64,000 nucleotides of DNA from Octopus vulgaris (Eukaryota): positions 39,370,001 to 39,434,000 of the forward strand of contig OX597839.1 of NCBI GenBank assembly GCA_951406725.2, in the 5' to 3' direction. The notes under the pieces are model-generated. The model had not been told where the DNA came from, searched no databases, and worked only from the letters and a program-made list of their open reading frames with translations. This document shows positions 39,455 through 53,605 of this stretch, piece after piece; position 1 is the stretch's first letter; every line of letters begins with the position of its first letter. The translations under genes were made by a program, and so were the position numbers.

Positions 39455-40536
39455 CGGGGATAAAAAATTTAACCCACCCTCTCTAATAATAATAAATGAT
39501 GATGATGATGATGGGATAATAACGTAATAGATATAAGTGTAGGCGTGAGCCCGAAATTAAAACAATAGTAGAGAGAGAGAGAGAGTGAGAGAGAGAGAAG
39601 GAGGGAGAGAGAGAGGGGTGGGTGGTGGAGCGGTGTCAGATGTCGGAGCTTTAACTATGATGGTTGGGGGTGAGGTAAGGTGAGGTGAGTTGAGTTGAGG
39701 AGAGCAGAGGTGGTGGCCATGCGGATTAAGAGAGAGGCGATTGCGTGAGAAGGAGAGATGAGAGAGCGGGAGGGAGGGAGGGAGAGAAAGAAGAGGGTGA
39801 AATGGTGTGAGAGACAGCCAGAGAGACAGAAAAGGGAAAGGAGTGAGGGAGAGACGGAGAGAGAGACTGGCAGGGAGAAGAGTGAGAGATGGGAAAAGAA
39901 GAGCAAGAGAAATTAGAGAGAGAGAGAAAAGGAGAGAGAAAAGGCAGAGGAGAGAGAGTGAGAGAGAAAGACAGATATAGAAAAAGAGAGTGACATGGTA
40001 AGAGAGGAGAGGAGAGAGAAAGAGAAAAATGCAATAAAATAAAAAAAAACAAGAGTACGACAAAAAAAAAAGAAAACCTCCGCACCAAAAACCATCAAAA
40101 ATCAAAAACTAAAAAGTGGGGATTAAAAGTGAAATCAACGATAATCTTGATGTAGGAGAAGGATTATCTCTTGTTGTAAGTTTAAACCTGTTTGTTAAAC
40201 AAACACAGGCAATTAAACAACACATTGACGATTAAAGCCTGTTTTAACGAACACCACCACCTCCGACACCACCACTCAAGCATCACCGACTGACGCTCAA
40301 CATGTTCAGTCCATCCACCGACCAACCGACCGACCATCATCCTCATCATCATTACCGGCAGCAGCAATAGCAATAACATTATTGTTTGTTTATTATTATT
40401 ATTATTATTGTTGTCGTTGTTATTATTATTGTTGTTGTTATTAAGTACTGTTTGATACAAAACTCCTTAACCCACCGCCCCAAACAAAATTACACCATGT
40501 CAAATATATATTTATTATATCTGTCATGTCAGATTA

Positions 40537-41170
<634 letters not shown>

Positions 41171-41674
41171 TGTGCATGCATATAAATATATACACATACA
41201 CACACATAAATGTATATGTACGTATGACCTATATACATGCATAAATGTACACACGCACGCACACATGTATGTCTGTATTTAGACGCGTGTATATGAACAT
41301 ACACGTACAGGCACGACAATGACCTCTCGTGCTGTGAACCACGCGAGCGGCCAGTTTTTTTTTCAATCAAGTGAATGACCTCCTTTGTGAGTTTGCGTGC
41401 AAAGTGCCACATCATTTCCACAGACACGTGTAACCTTAACATAATTCTAAGCCACAAACTGTATGACACAGTGGGTGTGTGTGACAGGCCTGGAACAAGT
41501 ACATTGGAGGAGGAACGGCTGGGTGGTTAAGAAGCTGGCTTTGCAGCCATGTGGGGGTCAAGTTCAATCCCACCGTTGGCCTCCTCGGGTAAATGTCTTC
41601 AGTTATAGCCCAAGGGTGACCAATGCCTACTGAGTAAATTTGGTACTTGAAAATGGTAAATACATGCATCTATC

Positions 41675-41870
41675 TTATTTACATTCGACGGTTATTTGTC
41701 CTCATCTTGTTGGTTTTTAACACAACGTTTCAGCTGATATACCCTCCAGCCTTCTTCAGGTATCTTGGGAAAATTTTGAACCTGGGTTCTCATTCCTAAG
41801 GTATCTTTCGATATTATTATTATTATTATTATTAGTGACTAGAACAACAATGCTAATAATAATAATAATA

Positions 41871-41916
<46 letters not shown>

Positions 41917-41955
41917 TAATAATAATATCAAAAAATACCTTAGGAATGAGAAACC
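41675..41955 (-). mobile_element. Penelope-like fragment with minimal hammerhead and tail-to-tail inverted copy
   Basis: Minus strand ATAC-CTGAAGA-A-GGCTG..CAGCT-GAAA-CG-TT-GTGT (41720-41764); inverted repeat TTCTCATTCCTAAGGTAT / ATACCTTAGGAATGAGAA around (AAT)n. Confidence 0.65.
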
Positions 41956-41964
41956 ATTTTCTTA

Positions 41965-42575
41965 TTATCAAAGAATGTATTTCTGTTTTTCAATACTTTT
42001 GTGATAATCAGTACTTAACACAACAAAGCTTTTACATTTTAGTTTTGAAAATCTTTTTCTAAAAAAGTGAAACCGGTCAAGTGAATAGACATCTTTTAGA
42101 ATTGCATTTTCAAACCGTCTTTCATGCACATATAATCAAAATAAACAACAAGGATATTCAGAGGTAATGCAGTATGGGAAGTGCAGGTAAAACTTTACAT
42201 CTGTTTCTGGGATAGGTGCATATTAGAGGCAGAGCAGTGCATTTTGGTCTACATATGAAGCTGCACTGTATGTGGTATGTAGTACAGATAGCATACTACA
42301 TGCTTTTCTTGATAACACTCCAACTTTAACATGTTTGAAGTATAATGTCGATGTTTCAGAGTCAGACAATAATATACACAAACAGCCTGTTTTGAAAATG
42401 GATATTCAAATGAAGAATTCTGAGCACTATTTGTAATTTCATCATCAAGATTCGCATTTCTACTTAAGACACCATCAAGATATTTGAAGAAAGATGTGTT
42501 TTATCTCTTTCCAGTTCCACTTCGGTTAGTTCCACCTTCTCTTTAACAATGAGCAACTATGCAGCTTCTTGCAAG
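41965..42575 (-). pseudogene. Decayed coding-like segment, possibly annexin-like (repeats 2-4)
   Basis: Long frames broken by few stops or shifts: FFKYLDGVLSRN..; GVLSRKACSMLSVLHTTY; HERRFENAILKDVYS. Confidence 0.3.
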
Positions 42576-42609
42576 GAAGAAACCTGACTCCCCATCTCTC
42601 ATACTTTAA

Positions 42610-42829
42610 CCCTTCAGCATTCAAACTGGCCATATCCAGCCAAAATATTTAACCTGTATTATATTGAAACTGACCAGATCTCGCCTCTCACCTCAGCCCT
42701 ACCATGTCATTCTAAAACTAAAAAATAGCATCACTGAAATCTCTAAACTACAAGATAACGCATGACTAATTCATATCAATGTGAATAAATAAGCTTCACA
42801 TTTGACAGAATAATCTGAACACTAAAGGG
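42610..42829. mobile_element. piggyBac-type MITE (partial copies at about 30310-30500, 53445-53605, 63650-63795)
   Basis: TTAA|CCCTTCAGCATTCA ... TGAACACTAAAGGG|TTAA. Confidence 0.85.
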
Positions 42830-43237
42830 TTAAACCCTTCAATCCCTCAGCCTAAAGCTCTCTACTGCAGCCCCCCTGTGTACTTCAGAGTGACCTTAGC
42901 AATGTCAGTGTCACATGGCAGTAGGGAGGACATCAGGTCATAGATATCATGCCAAAACAGTAAGCCTCAAACATGTCAAACAATTCAATCCATTGTAACA
43001 CAGAATACAGAGAATAATGATGGTGTGTGTGTGTGTGTGTAATTCATTATCATTTAGTGCCTGTGATATATATATATATATATTTCAACCCCTTTGTGTG
43101 AGCGTCTCACACAAATCTCCTCAACTACAACCCTTGGACAACCAAAGCTTTCTGAGTGGATTTCATAGACGGAAACAGAAAGAAGCCCATTGAGTGTATT
43201 CATGTGTGTGCATGTGTGTGTGTGTATTTTCTTTCAT

Positions 43238-43424
43238 TCTTTTACTGGTGTCAGTCATTTGACTGCGGCCATGCTGGAGCACCGCCTTTTAGTCGAGCAA
43301 ATTGACCCCAGGACTTATTCTTTGTAAGCCTAGTACTTATTTTATCGGTGTCTTTTGCTGAACCGCTAAATTACAGGGACACGAACATACTGACATCAGT
43401 TGTCAAGTGATGGAGGGAGGACAA

Positions 43425-43463
<39 letters not shown>

Positions 43464-43599
43464 CACAATGGTTTTCTTTCAGTTTTCGTCTAGTAAATCC
43501 ACTCACAAGGAGTTGGTTGGCCCAAGACTATAGTAGATGCCCAAGGTGCCATGCAGTGGGACTGAACCTGGAACCATATGGTTGGTAAACAAGCTACTT
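43238..43599 (-). mobile_element. SINE family B, interrupted at its head
   Basis: Family B match; GTAA(A/G)CAAGCTACTT repeated at 43585 and 44147. Confidence 0.85.
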
Positions 43600-43706
43600 C
43601 ATTTCATTTCACTGGTCATGAAGGCCGTATACAGAGGGAGTAGCTTGCGGGCTGGACAAAAAAAACATTAATGAGATGAGTGATGAAAGGATGGTATAAA
43701 TTGGAG

Positions 43707-43940
43707 AAGGCGGCGAGCTGGCAGAATCGTTAGCACACTGGACGAAATGCTTTGCGGTATTTCGTCAGCCGTTACGTCGTGAGTTCAAATTCCGCCAAGG
43801 TCGACTTTGCCTTTCATCCTTTCGGGGGTCGATAAATACAGCACCAGTTACACACTGGGGTCGATGTAATTGACTTAATACCTTTGTCTGTCCTTGTTTG
43901 TCCCCTCTATGTTTAGCCCCTTGTGGGTAGTAAAGAAATA
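43707..43940 (+). mobile_element. SINE family A with TSD
   Basis: GGTATAAATTGGAGAAGGC at 43693 and 43941. Confidence 0.9.
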
Positions 43941-44163
43941 GGTATAAATTGGAGAAGGCAAAAGATACCCGTTGATCTTCTGCTTCTCTAGAACTTTGTT
44001 CTTTTTATTTTCAAAACAAAAAACAAAAAGAGGTATTAAACCTCTTACCTCAATTCCCCAATTACTGGACTTAATAGTGCATTACATATGGACCATTAAG
44101 TCCACTAATTGTACGACATGAGGTAAGAGGTTTAATACCTCGTTTTGTAAGCAAGCTACTTAC

Positions 44164-44198
<35 letters not shown>

Positions 44199-44749
44199 GA
44201 ATAAAAATTTATATATAAGGAACGTGAAATACACGAAAGGACGAACACGAAAAACAGACAAGTCATTCGAAGCCTTCAATCTTCAGTCAGAAACCGAATC
44301 ATCATGGCAAAGTTCGGCTGTTTAATTCTGAGATTTGTTCCAAATCGGCCAGCCCCAAGGAAAGAACTAAGCTGTGGGCATTAGATTTCTTGGTAGAAGG
44401 AAATAATGTAAACGCAACAGAGACGAAAACAAAATTGGAAACAGTAAACGGTTACAAACAGGAATAACAGCAGGTGTCTTACGACTCTAAGACAAAATGA
44501 GACAAAAACAACTTATTAGCAAGCGTGGAAAACAATTACCTTTTCGGCAGATGGGACACGTGTAGAGCAAGCGGCGATCGCCAACGAAATGGCTTAGAAG
44601 CAGCAGGTTGCAAGAGGGTAAGAGAGAGAGAAGAGGGTAAGAGAGAGAGAAAGAGAGACAGAGAGAGAGGGAATTAAAGAGGGTGGGAGGCAATACGTTT
44701 ATATATTTGTTGTGCAAGATTTTTTATGTGAAGTCGTGTGTTGAAACAG

Positions 44750-45015
44750 ATATTGTTATATTTCGGAATGGTCATTTTGCCAGTTTAGCCTATAAAAACA
44801 CATACACTATATATATTTGGTGTTATTTTGCTTCAGTGTTATTTATTTTTTACATTAATCTTAATCTTATTTAAATTTTACAGTAATATGGCTGAAATAA
44901 GATTAAGATTAATGTAAAAAATAAATAACACTGAAGCAAAGTAACACCAAATATATAGTGCGTGTGTTTTTATTGGCTAAACTGGCAAAATGACCATTTC
45001 GAAATATAACAATAT
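44750..45015. repeat. Near-perfect palindrome, arms about 122 bp, 22-bp spacer
   Basis: 44750-44872 is the reverse complement of 44895-45015 with few mismatches. Confidence 0.92.
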
Positions 45016-45031
45016 ATATATATATATATAT

Positions 45032-45095
<64 letters not shown>

Positions 45096-45369
45096 GTATG
45101 TATGTGTGTGTGAGAGAAAGCACATGGCTCAGTGGTTAGAGCGTCAAGCTATAGCCAAAGACACTTGTCCAAGGTGTCAAGCAGTGGGACTGAACCAGGA
45201 ACCATGTGGTTGGGAGGCAAGCTTCTTACCACACAGCCACACCTGCATCTTTATATATATATATTTTTCATTTTATTTTATTTTTATTTTATCTAGTTTC
45301 AGCTCACGAGCTGTGGCCATGCTGGAGCACCGCCATATATATATATATATATGTAGTAAATGAAATAAA

Positions 45370-45715
45370 ATCGTTTACTGTATTAAGTTCCTATTTCAGA
45401 GTGCTAATTAGATCTAAAGTACAAGATATTTATAATACATCAATACAGTGAACTCCATAATACTTTATGGCCTTGTTCATCAAGTTCTTTGTAAATCCTT
45501 TACAGATGAAATAGTTCTTGTTATCTCATGAAATTATATTTCAGAATTAATTTTTATCAAACTCGTTGCATTAAGTTCACCTTAAATTGCTTCACTGCCA
45601 AGTTTTTTGTAAACATAGTTTCTTTCTGTGAGAGACCGTTTACAATTCAAACTGATTGCGACAGACTAAAGAATTCTACTTAGTTCTTCTCTTGCTTCCT
45701 GTATATCCTTATCTT
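45370..45715 (-). pseudogene. Decayed annexin-like fragment, inverted near-copy of 54481-54779
   Basis: YVYKKLGSEAI*GEL..DNKNYFICKGFTKNLMNKAIKYYGVHCIDVL*ISCTLDLISTLK*. Confidence 0.45.
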
Positions 45716-45814
45716 CCTGCCTTTTACTTACTTCAGTCATTAGGTTGTGGCCATGCCGGAGCACTGTCTTCAAGAATTTTTTAGTTGCATGAATCAACCC
45801 AAGTACATTTTTCT

Positions 45815-46364
45815 TCAGAGGGGACAAACAAGGACAAACGGATTAAGTCGATTATATCGACCCCCAGTGCGTAACTGGTACTTATTTAATCGACCCCGAA
45901 AGGATGAAAGGCAAAGTCGACCTCGGCGGAATTTGAACACAGAACATAGCAGCAGACAAAAGTACCTATTTCTTTACTACCTACAAGGGGCTAAAACAGA
46001 GGGGACAAACAAATTAAGTCGATGACATCGACCCCAGTGCGTAACTAGTACTTATTTAATCGACCCTGAAAGGATGAAAGGCAAAGTCAACCTCGGCGGA
46101 ATTTGAACTCAGAACGTAGCAGCAGACAAAATACCTATTTCTTTACTACCCGCAAGGGGCTAACACAGAGGGGACAAACAAGGACAAATGGATTAAGTTG
46201 ATTACATTGACCCCCAGTGCGTAACTGGTACTTAATTTATCGACCCCGAAAGGATGAAAGGCAAAGTCGACCTCGGCGGAATTTGAACTCAGAACGTAGG
46301 GGCAGACGAAATACCCGCAAAGCATTTTGCCCGGCATGCTAACGTTTCTGCTAGCTCACCGCCT
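45815..46364 (-). mobile_element. SINE family A trimer
   Basis: Three bodies joined at (minus strand) AAAGAAATA|GGTA. Confidence 0.9.
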
Positions 46365-46509
46365 TCTTACCATACAGCCAAACCTGCCCCTATATCTCAT
46401 ACACCATTTTTAACTTCACAGTGAGCTTGTGTTGCGTGCTCTGATGAAGCATACTGAATATTTTAAAATCTTGTTTATCTATTCCAGCCAGAAACACGCT
46501 TGTGCTGGA

Positions 46510-46735
46510 GCCCAGTACATTAATATCTACTTAAATGTATTTTAATATGCACAGCTAGCTAAGTTCCTGTTTTAGTGAACTCATTAGAGTTTAAGTACAA
46601 ACTAATTAATATTAATAATTAATGTAAGATAATATTATGGAGAGGGTTTATTGACTTGATTACTGGGTTCCTTCAGAGTTCTTCACTAATGAAACATTTC
46701 TTCTCATCCAGACAAGCTTGACTCCACATTAATTG
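46510..46735 (-). pseudogene. Diverged paralog of the 45.4 and 54.5 kb annexin-like fragments
   Basis: DEKKCFISEEL*RNPVIKSI aligns with DNKNYFICKGFTKNLMNKAI; CAY*NTFK*IL aligns with CAYQNTYSQTL. Confidence 0.45.
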
Positions 46736-46896
46736 AATGTGTGTGTGTATATATACATACACACAGACACATATATGTAAATATATACACACAACTCTGC
46801 ATTGTCCAACAATTCTTTATTTAGCTCTATCATCTGCTGTTCTTAATTGTTGCAATCTCTTTCTTTTTCTCATATTATATATACATACATATATAC

Positions 46897-46929
<33 letters not shown>

Positions 46930-47130
46930 CATACATACATATATATACAAACATATACAAACATACATATATATACATACATACATACATATACATACAT
47001 ACATATATACTTATACATACATATACATACATATACATATATATATATACATATATATATACATATATATATATACATATATATACATATGTACACACAC
47101 AAACTTACATGTATACACATGTGCATCTTC

Positions 47131-47172
<42 letters not shown>

Positions 47173-47280
47173 TATAAATATATATGTATATATATATATT
47201 TATATATTGATATTGTTATATATAAAATTAATAAATAATTACAGAATATATTTCTATACGGAAAAAAAAAAAAATCAATA

Positions 47281-47473
47281 TGGTACACAATAAACGCACA
47301 AATATGGGGAAGCGCAACATATTAGTTAAGTATTTCTAAAAATTTGAATTAAGTGATGAGGGAATATGACTGCCAAGTTCATTGAGAGCTCTGGTAACGA
47401 AGATTAATTAAGACGGTGGTGGGGGTGGGGACGATGGCGGTACAGTAGGGTGGGGAGAGAACTCATACTTACA

Positions 47474-47506
<33 letters not shown>

Positions 47507-47697
47507 GTGTGTAGACATGCACGTATATATTCCTATGTGGAAGTTCTCTCCCAGCTACGCCGCCTTAATTAATCTTCGTTACCAGGCCTCTCAATGAATT
47601 TGCAGTCATATTCCCGCATCACTTAATTCAAATTTTTAGAAATACTTACCTAATATGTAGTGCTTCTTTCATATTTGAGTTTTTATTGTGTATTACA
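47281..47697. mobile_element. Foldback / MITE-like element with long imperfect inverted arms
   Basis: 47281-47418 versus 47558-47697, plus TGGGGAGAGAACT / AGTTCTCTCCCCA around a central (TA)n. Confidence 0.8.
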
Positions 47698-48055
47698 TAC
47701 ATACATTATATATATATATATATATATAAATATATTACATATATTTATATATATATATGTATAAATATATATACATATATATGTATAAATATATATGTAT
47801 AAATATATATACATATATATATAAATATATATGTATAAATATATATACATATATATGTATAAATATACATATATATATATATCTGTATATGCATATAAAT
47901 ATGCATTTATATAAATATGTATATATGTGTGTGTGTATATATATATATATATTATTATATTTTGTATTCTTTATATTTAGTTTTTAAACTTATATCTCCA
48001 TGTCCATTTTATTAAATCGAAAGTCATACATTTATGTTTTTCTTCATATATATAT

Positions 48056-48096
<41 letters not shown>

Positions 48097-49074
48097 CATA
48101 TATATATATATATGTATATGAATGTGTGTATATATATATATATATATATATGTACATCAAATATATGTAAAGACACACATATATATACACACACATGTAT
48201 TAATGTACAGACAGATATATACATATATATATACATATATATACATATACACATGCATGTGCCGGTATTTTGGAATTAAAAAAATTTTTTTTAAAGAATT
48301 CAAATATCAATAGGTGAAGATCATGGCCAATACTACCTCCACAACTACCACAGCTACCACCACTTCACTACCACGACCAACACCACCACACCTATTATTA
48401 TTAATAAGACCAAACAAATGATGCTGACTCATTTGTTAAAAATCTTCCACTGCTTCCAACACCACCACTATCACCACCACCACCACCACCATCATCACTA
48501 TCATCTCATCTTCCACAGCTTCCTCAGTTCTGCCACCTCCCACCAACACCCCCGCATCTTCCATATCTTCCTTGATTTCTTTCACCTCTCACCGCCACTC
48601 CCACTCCACCTTCCATATCTTCCCTCATGCCATTCACCATTGCTGCCGCCACCGCCACCACCCTTCATTACTTCCTTGGTTGGTTCTTCCACTCGCCGCC
48701 ACCACCACACCCAACACCTTCCTTCCATTATCTTCCCTGGTTTCTTCGCTCCCCTCCCAGCACCACCACCGCCACCACCATCGCCACACCTTCCCCCAGT
48801 GCTGTCTAAATTTACCAAACATGGTACCTCTGTAGTCTCAAACATCTCTGTTCTTTCACTGTTCTTCCTTGTTTTGATGGAGATTTTTTTGCGGTTAACA
48901 ACAAACACCACCACCGCCACTACCACCAACACCTCCACCAATATCACAACAAACAGTGCTATTACAAAAGTGCTAACACTACAACAACAACGACCACGAC
49001 CACCACCACCACCACAACTGCCACCAACACTACAATCAATCACTACCACTGCCAATACCATTAATATTGATTCC

Positions 49075-50600
49075 GAATTTTGGCACAAGGCTAGCAATTT
49101 CGGGGAAGTTGGGAGGGTGTAAGTCGATTGCACTGACCCCAGTGTTCAACTGGTACTTGTTTTATTGGGCCCCAAAAGAATGAAAGGCTAAGTCAACCTC
49201 GGCAGAATTCGACCTTTCAATGTAAAAACAGACGAAATGCCACTAAGCATTTAGCCTGGCAAGCTGACAATACTGCCAGTTCGCTAGCTTAATAATAATA
49301 ATAATAGTAATAACAATAGTAATAATAATAGTAATAGTAATGTGGTAAGTAGGCGCAGGAGTGGCTGTGTGGTAAGTAGCTTGCTTACGAACCACATGGT
49401 TCCAGGTTCAGTCCCACTCCGTGGCACCTTGGGCAAGTGTCTTCTACTATAGCCTCGGGCTGACCAAAGCCTTGTGAGTGGATTTGGTAGACGGAAACTG
49501 AAAGAAGGCCGTTATATATATATATATATATATATGTATGCGTGTATGTTTGTGTGTCGTTGTTTGTCCCCCTAGCATTGCTTGACAACCGATGCTGGTG
49601 TTTTTATGTCCCCGTCACTTAGTGGTTCGGCAAAAGAGACCGATAGAATAAGTACTGGGCTTACAAAAGAATAAGTCCCGGGGTCGATTTGCTCGACTAA
49701 AGGCGGTGCTCCAGCATGGCCGCAGTCAAATGACTGAAACAAGTAAAAAAGTAATAGTAGTAGTAGTAGTAATAATAATAATCCTTTCTACTATAGGCAC
49801 AAGGCCTGAAATTTGGAGGAGGGAAATAGTTGATTACATCGACCCCAGTATGCAACTGGTACTTATTTTATCAACCCCGAGGAGATGCAAGGTAAAGTCG
49901 ACCTTGGCGGAATTTGAACACAGAATGTCAGGACAGACGAAATGCCACTAAGCATTTTGCCCAGCGTGCTAATGATTAATAATAATAATAATATTGATAA
50001 TGGTTTCAAATTTTGGGACAAGGCTCGAAATTTTTGGGGAGGGTACCAGTTGATCAGATCAACCCCAGTACGCAACTGGTACTTATTTTATCGACCTCAA
50101 AAGGATGAAAGGCAAAGTCGACCTCAGTGGAATTTGAACTCAGAACATAAAGACGGACAAAATACTGCTAAGTATTTTGTCTGGCATGCTAACGTTTCTA
50201 CCAGCTTGTCACCTAATAGTGATAACAATACTCTTTACTCTTTTACTCATTTGACTGTGGCCATGCTGGGGCACTGCCTTTAGTCGAGCAAATCAACACC
50301 AGGACTTATTCGTTCGGTCTCTTTCGCTGAAGCGCTAAGTTACGGGGGACGTAAACACTCCAGCATTGGTGGTCAAACACAGACACACAAACATATATAC
50401 ACACACACATACATACATATGAGGGTATAAGTTGATTATATTGACTCCCCCAGTATTCAACTGGTACTTGTTTTATTGACCCCCAAAAAGAAAAAGAGGC
50501 AAATTCGACCTGGGCAGGGTTTGAACTCAGAATGTAAAGTCAGAAGAAATGCTGCTAAGCATTTTTACCTGGCATGCTAATGATCCTGCTAGCTCCCCAC
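49075..50600. mobile_element. SINE cluster: family A (-) at about 49075, 49781, 50000 and 50425; family B (+) at 49351-49752
   Basis: Family motifs as above, separated by (AAT)n. Confidence 0.85.
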
Positions 50601-51317
50601 CCCCGCCACTGTTGCCACCCCCCTCCACCATAAAACATAAAATACACATGACCAGGTGTCATCAACTACCACCGGGACCGCCATCACCACCAACAACTAC
50701 CACCGCTACAACATAACCATACATCTACGGCGGGGGGGAAGAGTGGCCACATACCACTTCCACTACCGCCAACCACTACCACCATTACAATCGCGAACTC
50801 ACTATTACCACTGGCGCCACCGCCACCACCACCACCACATGTCAAAATTACCGCACTCCATCCACCACCATCTCCGCCTCCATCAACAATAACACAATCA
50901 CCTTCACTCACAACGCAACCCCTACTATTACTAACCGCGCCGCCAACACCCTCGCCACCATCTCTACTAGCAACTACACAACATGCCACAACAACAACCA
51001 CAACCCACCACCATCACCCCCTACTACCACCACCGCCGCCGCCGCCATCACATGCCGCCATACCAGTCCTCCTCTGCCTTCAGGCCTAATCTGCCAGACC
51101 TAACTAATGCATTGACTCGGGTTAAATGGACTGGAAGACCTAATCCAAAAATTATGGAGTTAAACACACACGCACACACACAGACACACACACACATGCA
51201 TAAACATACACACAAACATATACACACATGTGCACACAGACTTACTCATGTACACACACAGTTGCATTCACATATATATTTAATTATATACACACACAAA
51301 GAATCATTTTGCAGCTG

Positions 51318-51350
<33 letters not shown>

Positions 51351-51611
51351 TACAGAGAGAGAAACAGAGAACATGTGTTAGTTATATACACACACACACA
51401 CAGAGTTACACATTCAGACATACAGAAAACACACATGAAATTAAACACACACACACACACACACATACATACACAGAATCATTTCGCAGCTGACACACAA
51501 AAGCACACAAACATACATATAGAGACACGTGTCAGATATATACGCACACACAGTTATACATTCAGACATACATACATATATACATATGAAGTAAAACACA
51601 CACGCACAAAC

Positions 51612-51788
51612 ATGGTGCAGGAGTGGCTGTGTGGTAAGTAGCTTGCTAACCAACCACATGGCTCCGGGTTCAGTCCCACTGCGTGACACCTTGGGCAAGT
51701 GTCTTCCACTATAGCCTCGGGCCAACCAAAGCCTTGTGAGTGGATTTGGTAGACGGAAACTGAAAGAAGCCCGTCGTATATATGTATG

Positions 51789-51824
<36 letters not shown>

Positions 51825-52041
51825 CGTGTGTTTGTGAGTGTGTCTGTGTTTGTCCCCCTAGCATTGCTTGACAACCGATGCTGGAGTGTTTAAGTCCCCG
51901 TAACTTAGCGGTTCGGCAAGAGAGACCAATAGAATAAGTACTGGGGTTACAAAGAATAAGTCCCGGGGTCGATTTGCTCGATTAAAGGCGGTGCTCCAGC
52001 ATGGCCGCAGTCAAATGACTGAAACAAGTAAAAGAGTAAGA

Positions 52042-52043
<2 letters not shown>
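51612..52043 (+). mobile_element. SINE family B
   Basis: Full-length match. Confidence 0.9.
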
Positions 52044-52075
<32 letters not shown>

Positions 52076-52381
52076 TTCACATTGCTCCAGTCCACTCAGC
52101 TGGCAAAAATGAGTTTTACTTGCATTTCAAAGGGCCAACCTTATCACACTCTGTGTAACGCTGAATCCCCCTGAGAACTACGCCATGATAGATCGTTAGC
52201 TACTACACACATTTTTTTCTCTCCTTGTTTTTTCTGTGTCCCTTTCTGTAGAAGATCTTAGGCTCAAAACATAAAAGATTTCTTTTTCTACTCCTCAGCG
52301 TTATACTAATACATCTGTTTGTTTTGTACACCACCTGTCTTCGTCTTTTGTTTTTTTCGTAAACTTTCCCTATATATATAT

Positions 52382-52611
52382 ATCGTGACGATGCCGGACC
52401 CTCCGGCCCCTGTGCAGGTGGCACGTAAAAAGCACCCAATCCACTCACGGAGTGGTTGGCGTTAGGAAGGGCATCCAGCCGTAGAAACTCTGCCAGATTC
52501 AGACTGGAGCCTGGTGCGGCCCCTGGCTTCCCAGACCCGGTCAAACCGTCCAACCCGTGCTAGCGCGGAAAGCGGACGTTAAACGATGATGATGATGATG
52601 ATGATGATGAT
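52382..52611 (+). mobile_element. SINE family C
   Basis: Core motif and (GAT)n tail. Confidence 0.88.
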
Positions 52612-53605
52612 ATTATTAATTTACTTGTTTCAGTCATTTGACTGTGGCTAAGCTGGAGCACTACCTAAAGAGTTTTAGTCAAACAAATCAACCCCAAGTC
52701 TACTTTTCCATTCTATTAGTCTTTTTGCTGAACTCTTTGCTGAACTCTTAAGTTACAGGAATGTAAACACACCAACATTGGTTATTAAGTGATGGTGGGA
52801 GGACAAACACAGACACAAAAATACACACACACATATATATATACACCTGACAGGCTTCTTACAGTTTCCATCTACCAAATATATTCATAAGGCTTCGGCT
52901 GGTGCAAAGCTACAGTAGAAAACACTTGCCCAAGGTGCCATGCAGTGGGACTGAACCCAAAACCATGCGGTTGAGAAGCAACCATCTTAAAAAGGCTGTG
53001 CATAGATTTATCATAATCAGCATCATTTTCTTTATGTCTACTTTTCCATAACGGCATGGATGCACTGCAAGGGATTTACACGTTATGTAAACAAACTCAC
53101 CTGTTTACTTTGAGTATGTGTGTGCATATATGTGTGTGTGAGTGTGTGTGTGTAATAAGCTGCTAACTTAATGAAGTAAAATTTCAGAAGATAAGACAAA
53201 ATATTTTAGGTTAGTAAAGTATTTATATATATATAAAAATAAAATCTGAATGGTGTAGATAGAAATTATAATCTAATACACGGCAACTGACGTAATAAAT
53301 ATGTCATACTTTAATTAGATTACTTAAATAGAAGCTACGTTATACATATTAAACACGTAAAGGCAGGTATTAACGCACCAGGCCCAACACATGTTTCCTG
53401 TTGAAACAAACAAGGTTTAAAAATATACTGTAACCTTTTGCAATTTAGCGTTTAATCTGGCCATATCCGGCCAAAATATTCCACTTTATGTTCAAAGTGG
53501 CCAAATTTGTTCTTTTATATCTGCCCTACAGGATCATTCTAAAATAAACTATCATGTCATCGAAATCTTGAAGCTACAAGGTAATGCAAGATTAATTCAA
53601 AACAA

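Noticed and set aside
42150-42260. Deaminase-like motif (VDQNAL...YPCC)
   Set aside because: Lacks the HxE and PCxxC spacing; probably coincidental.
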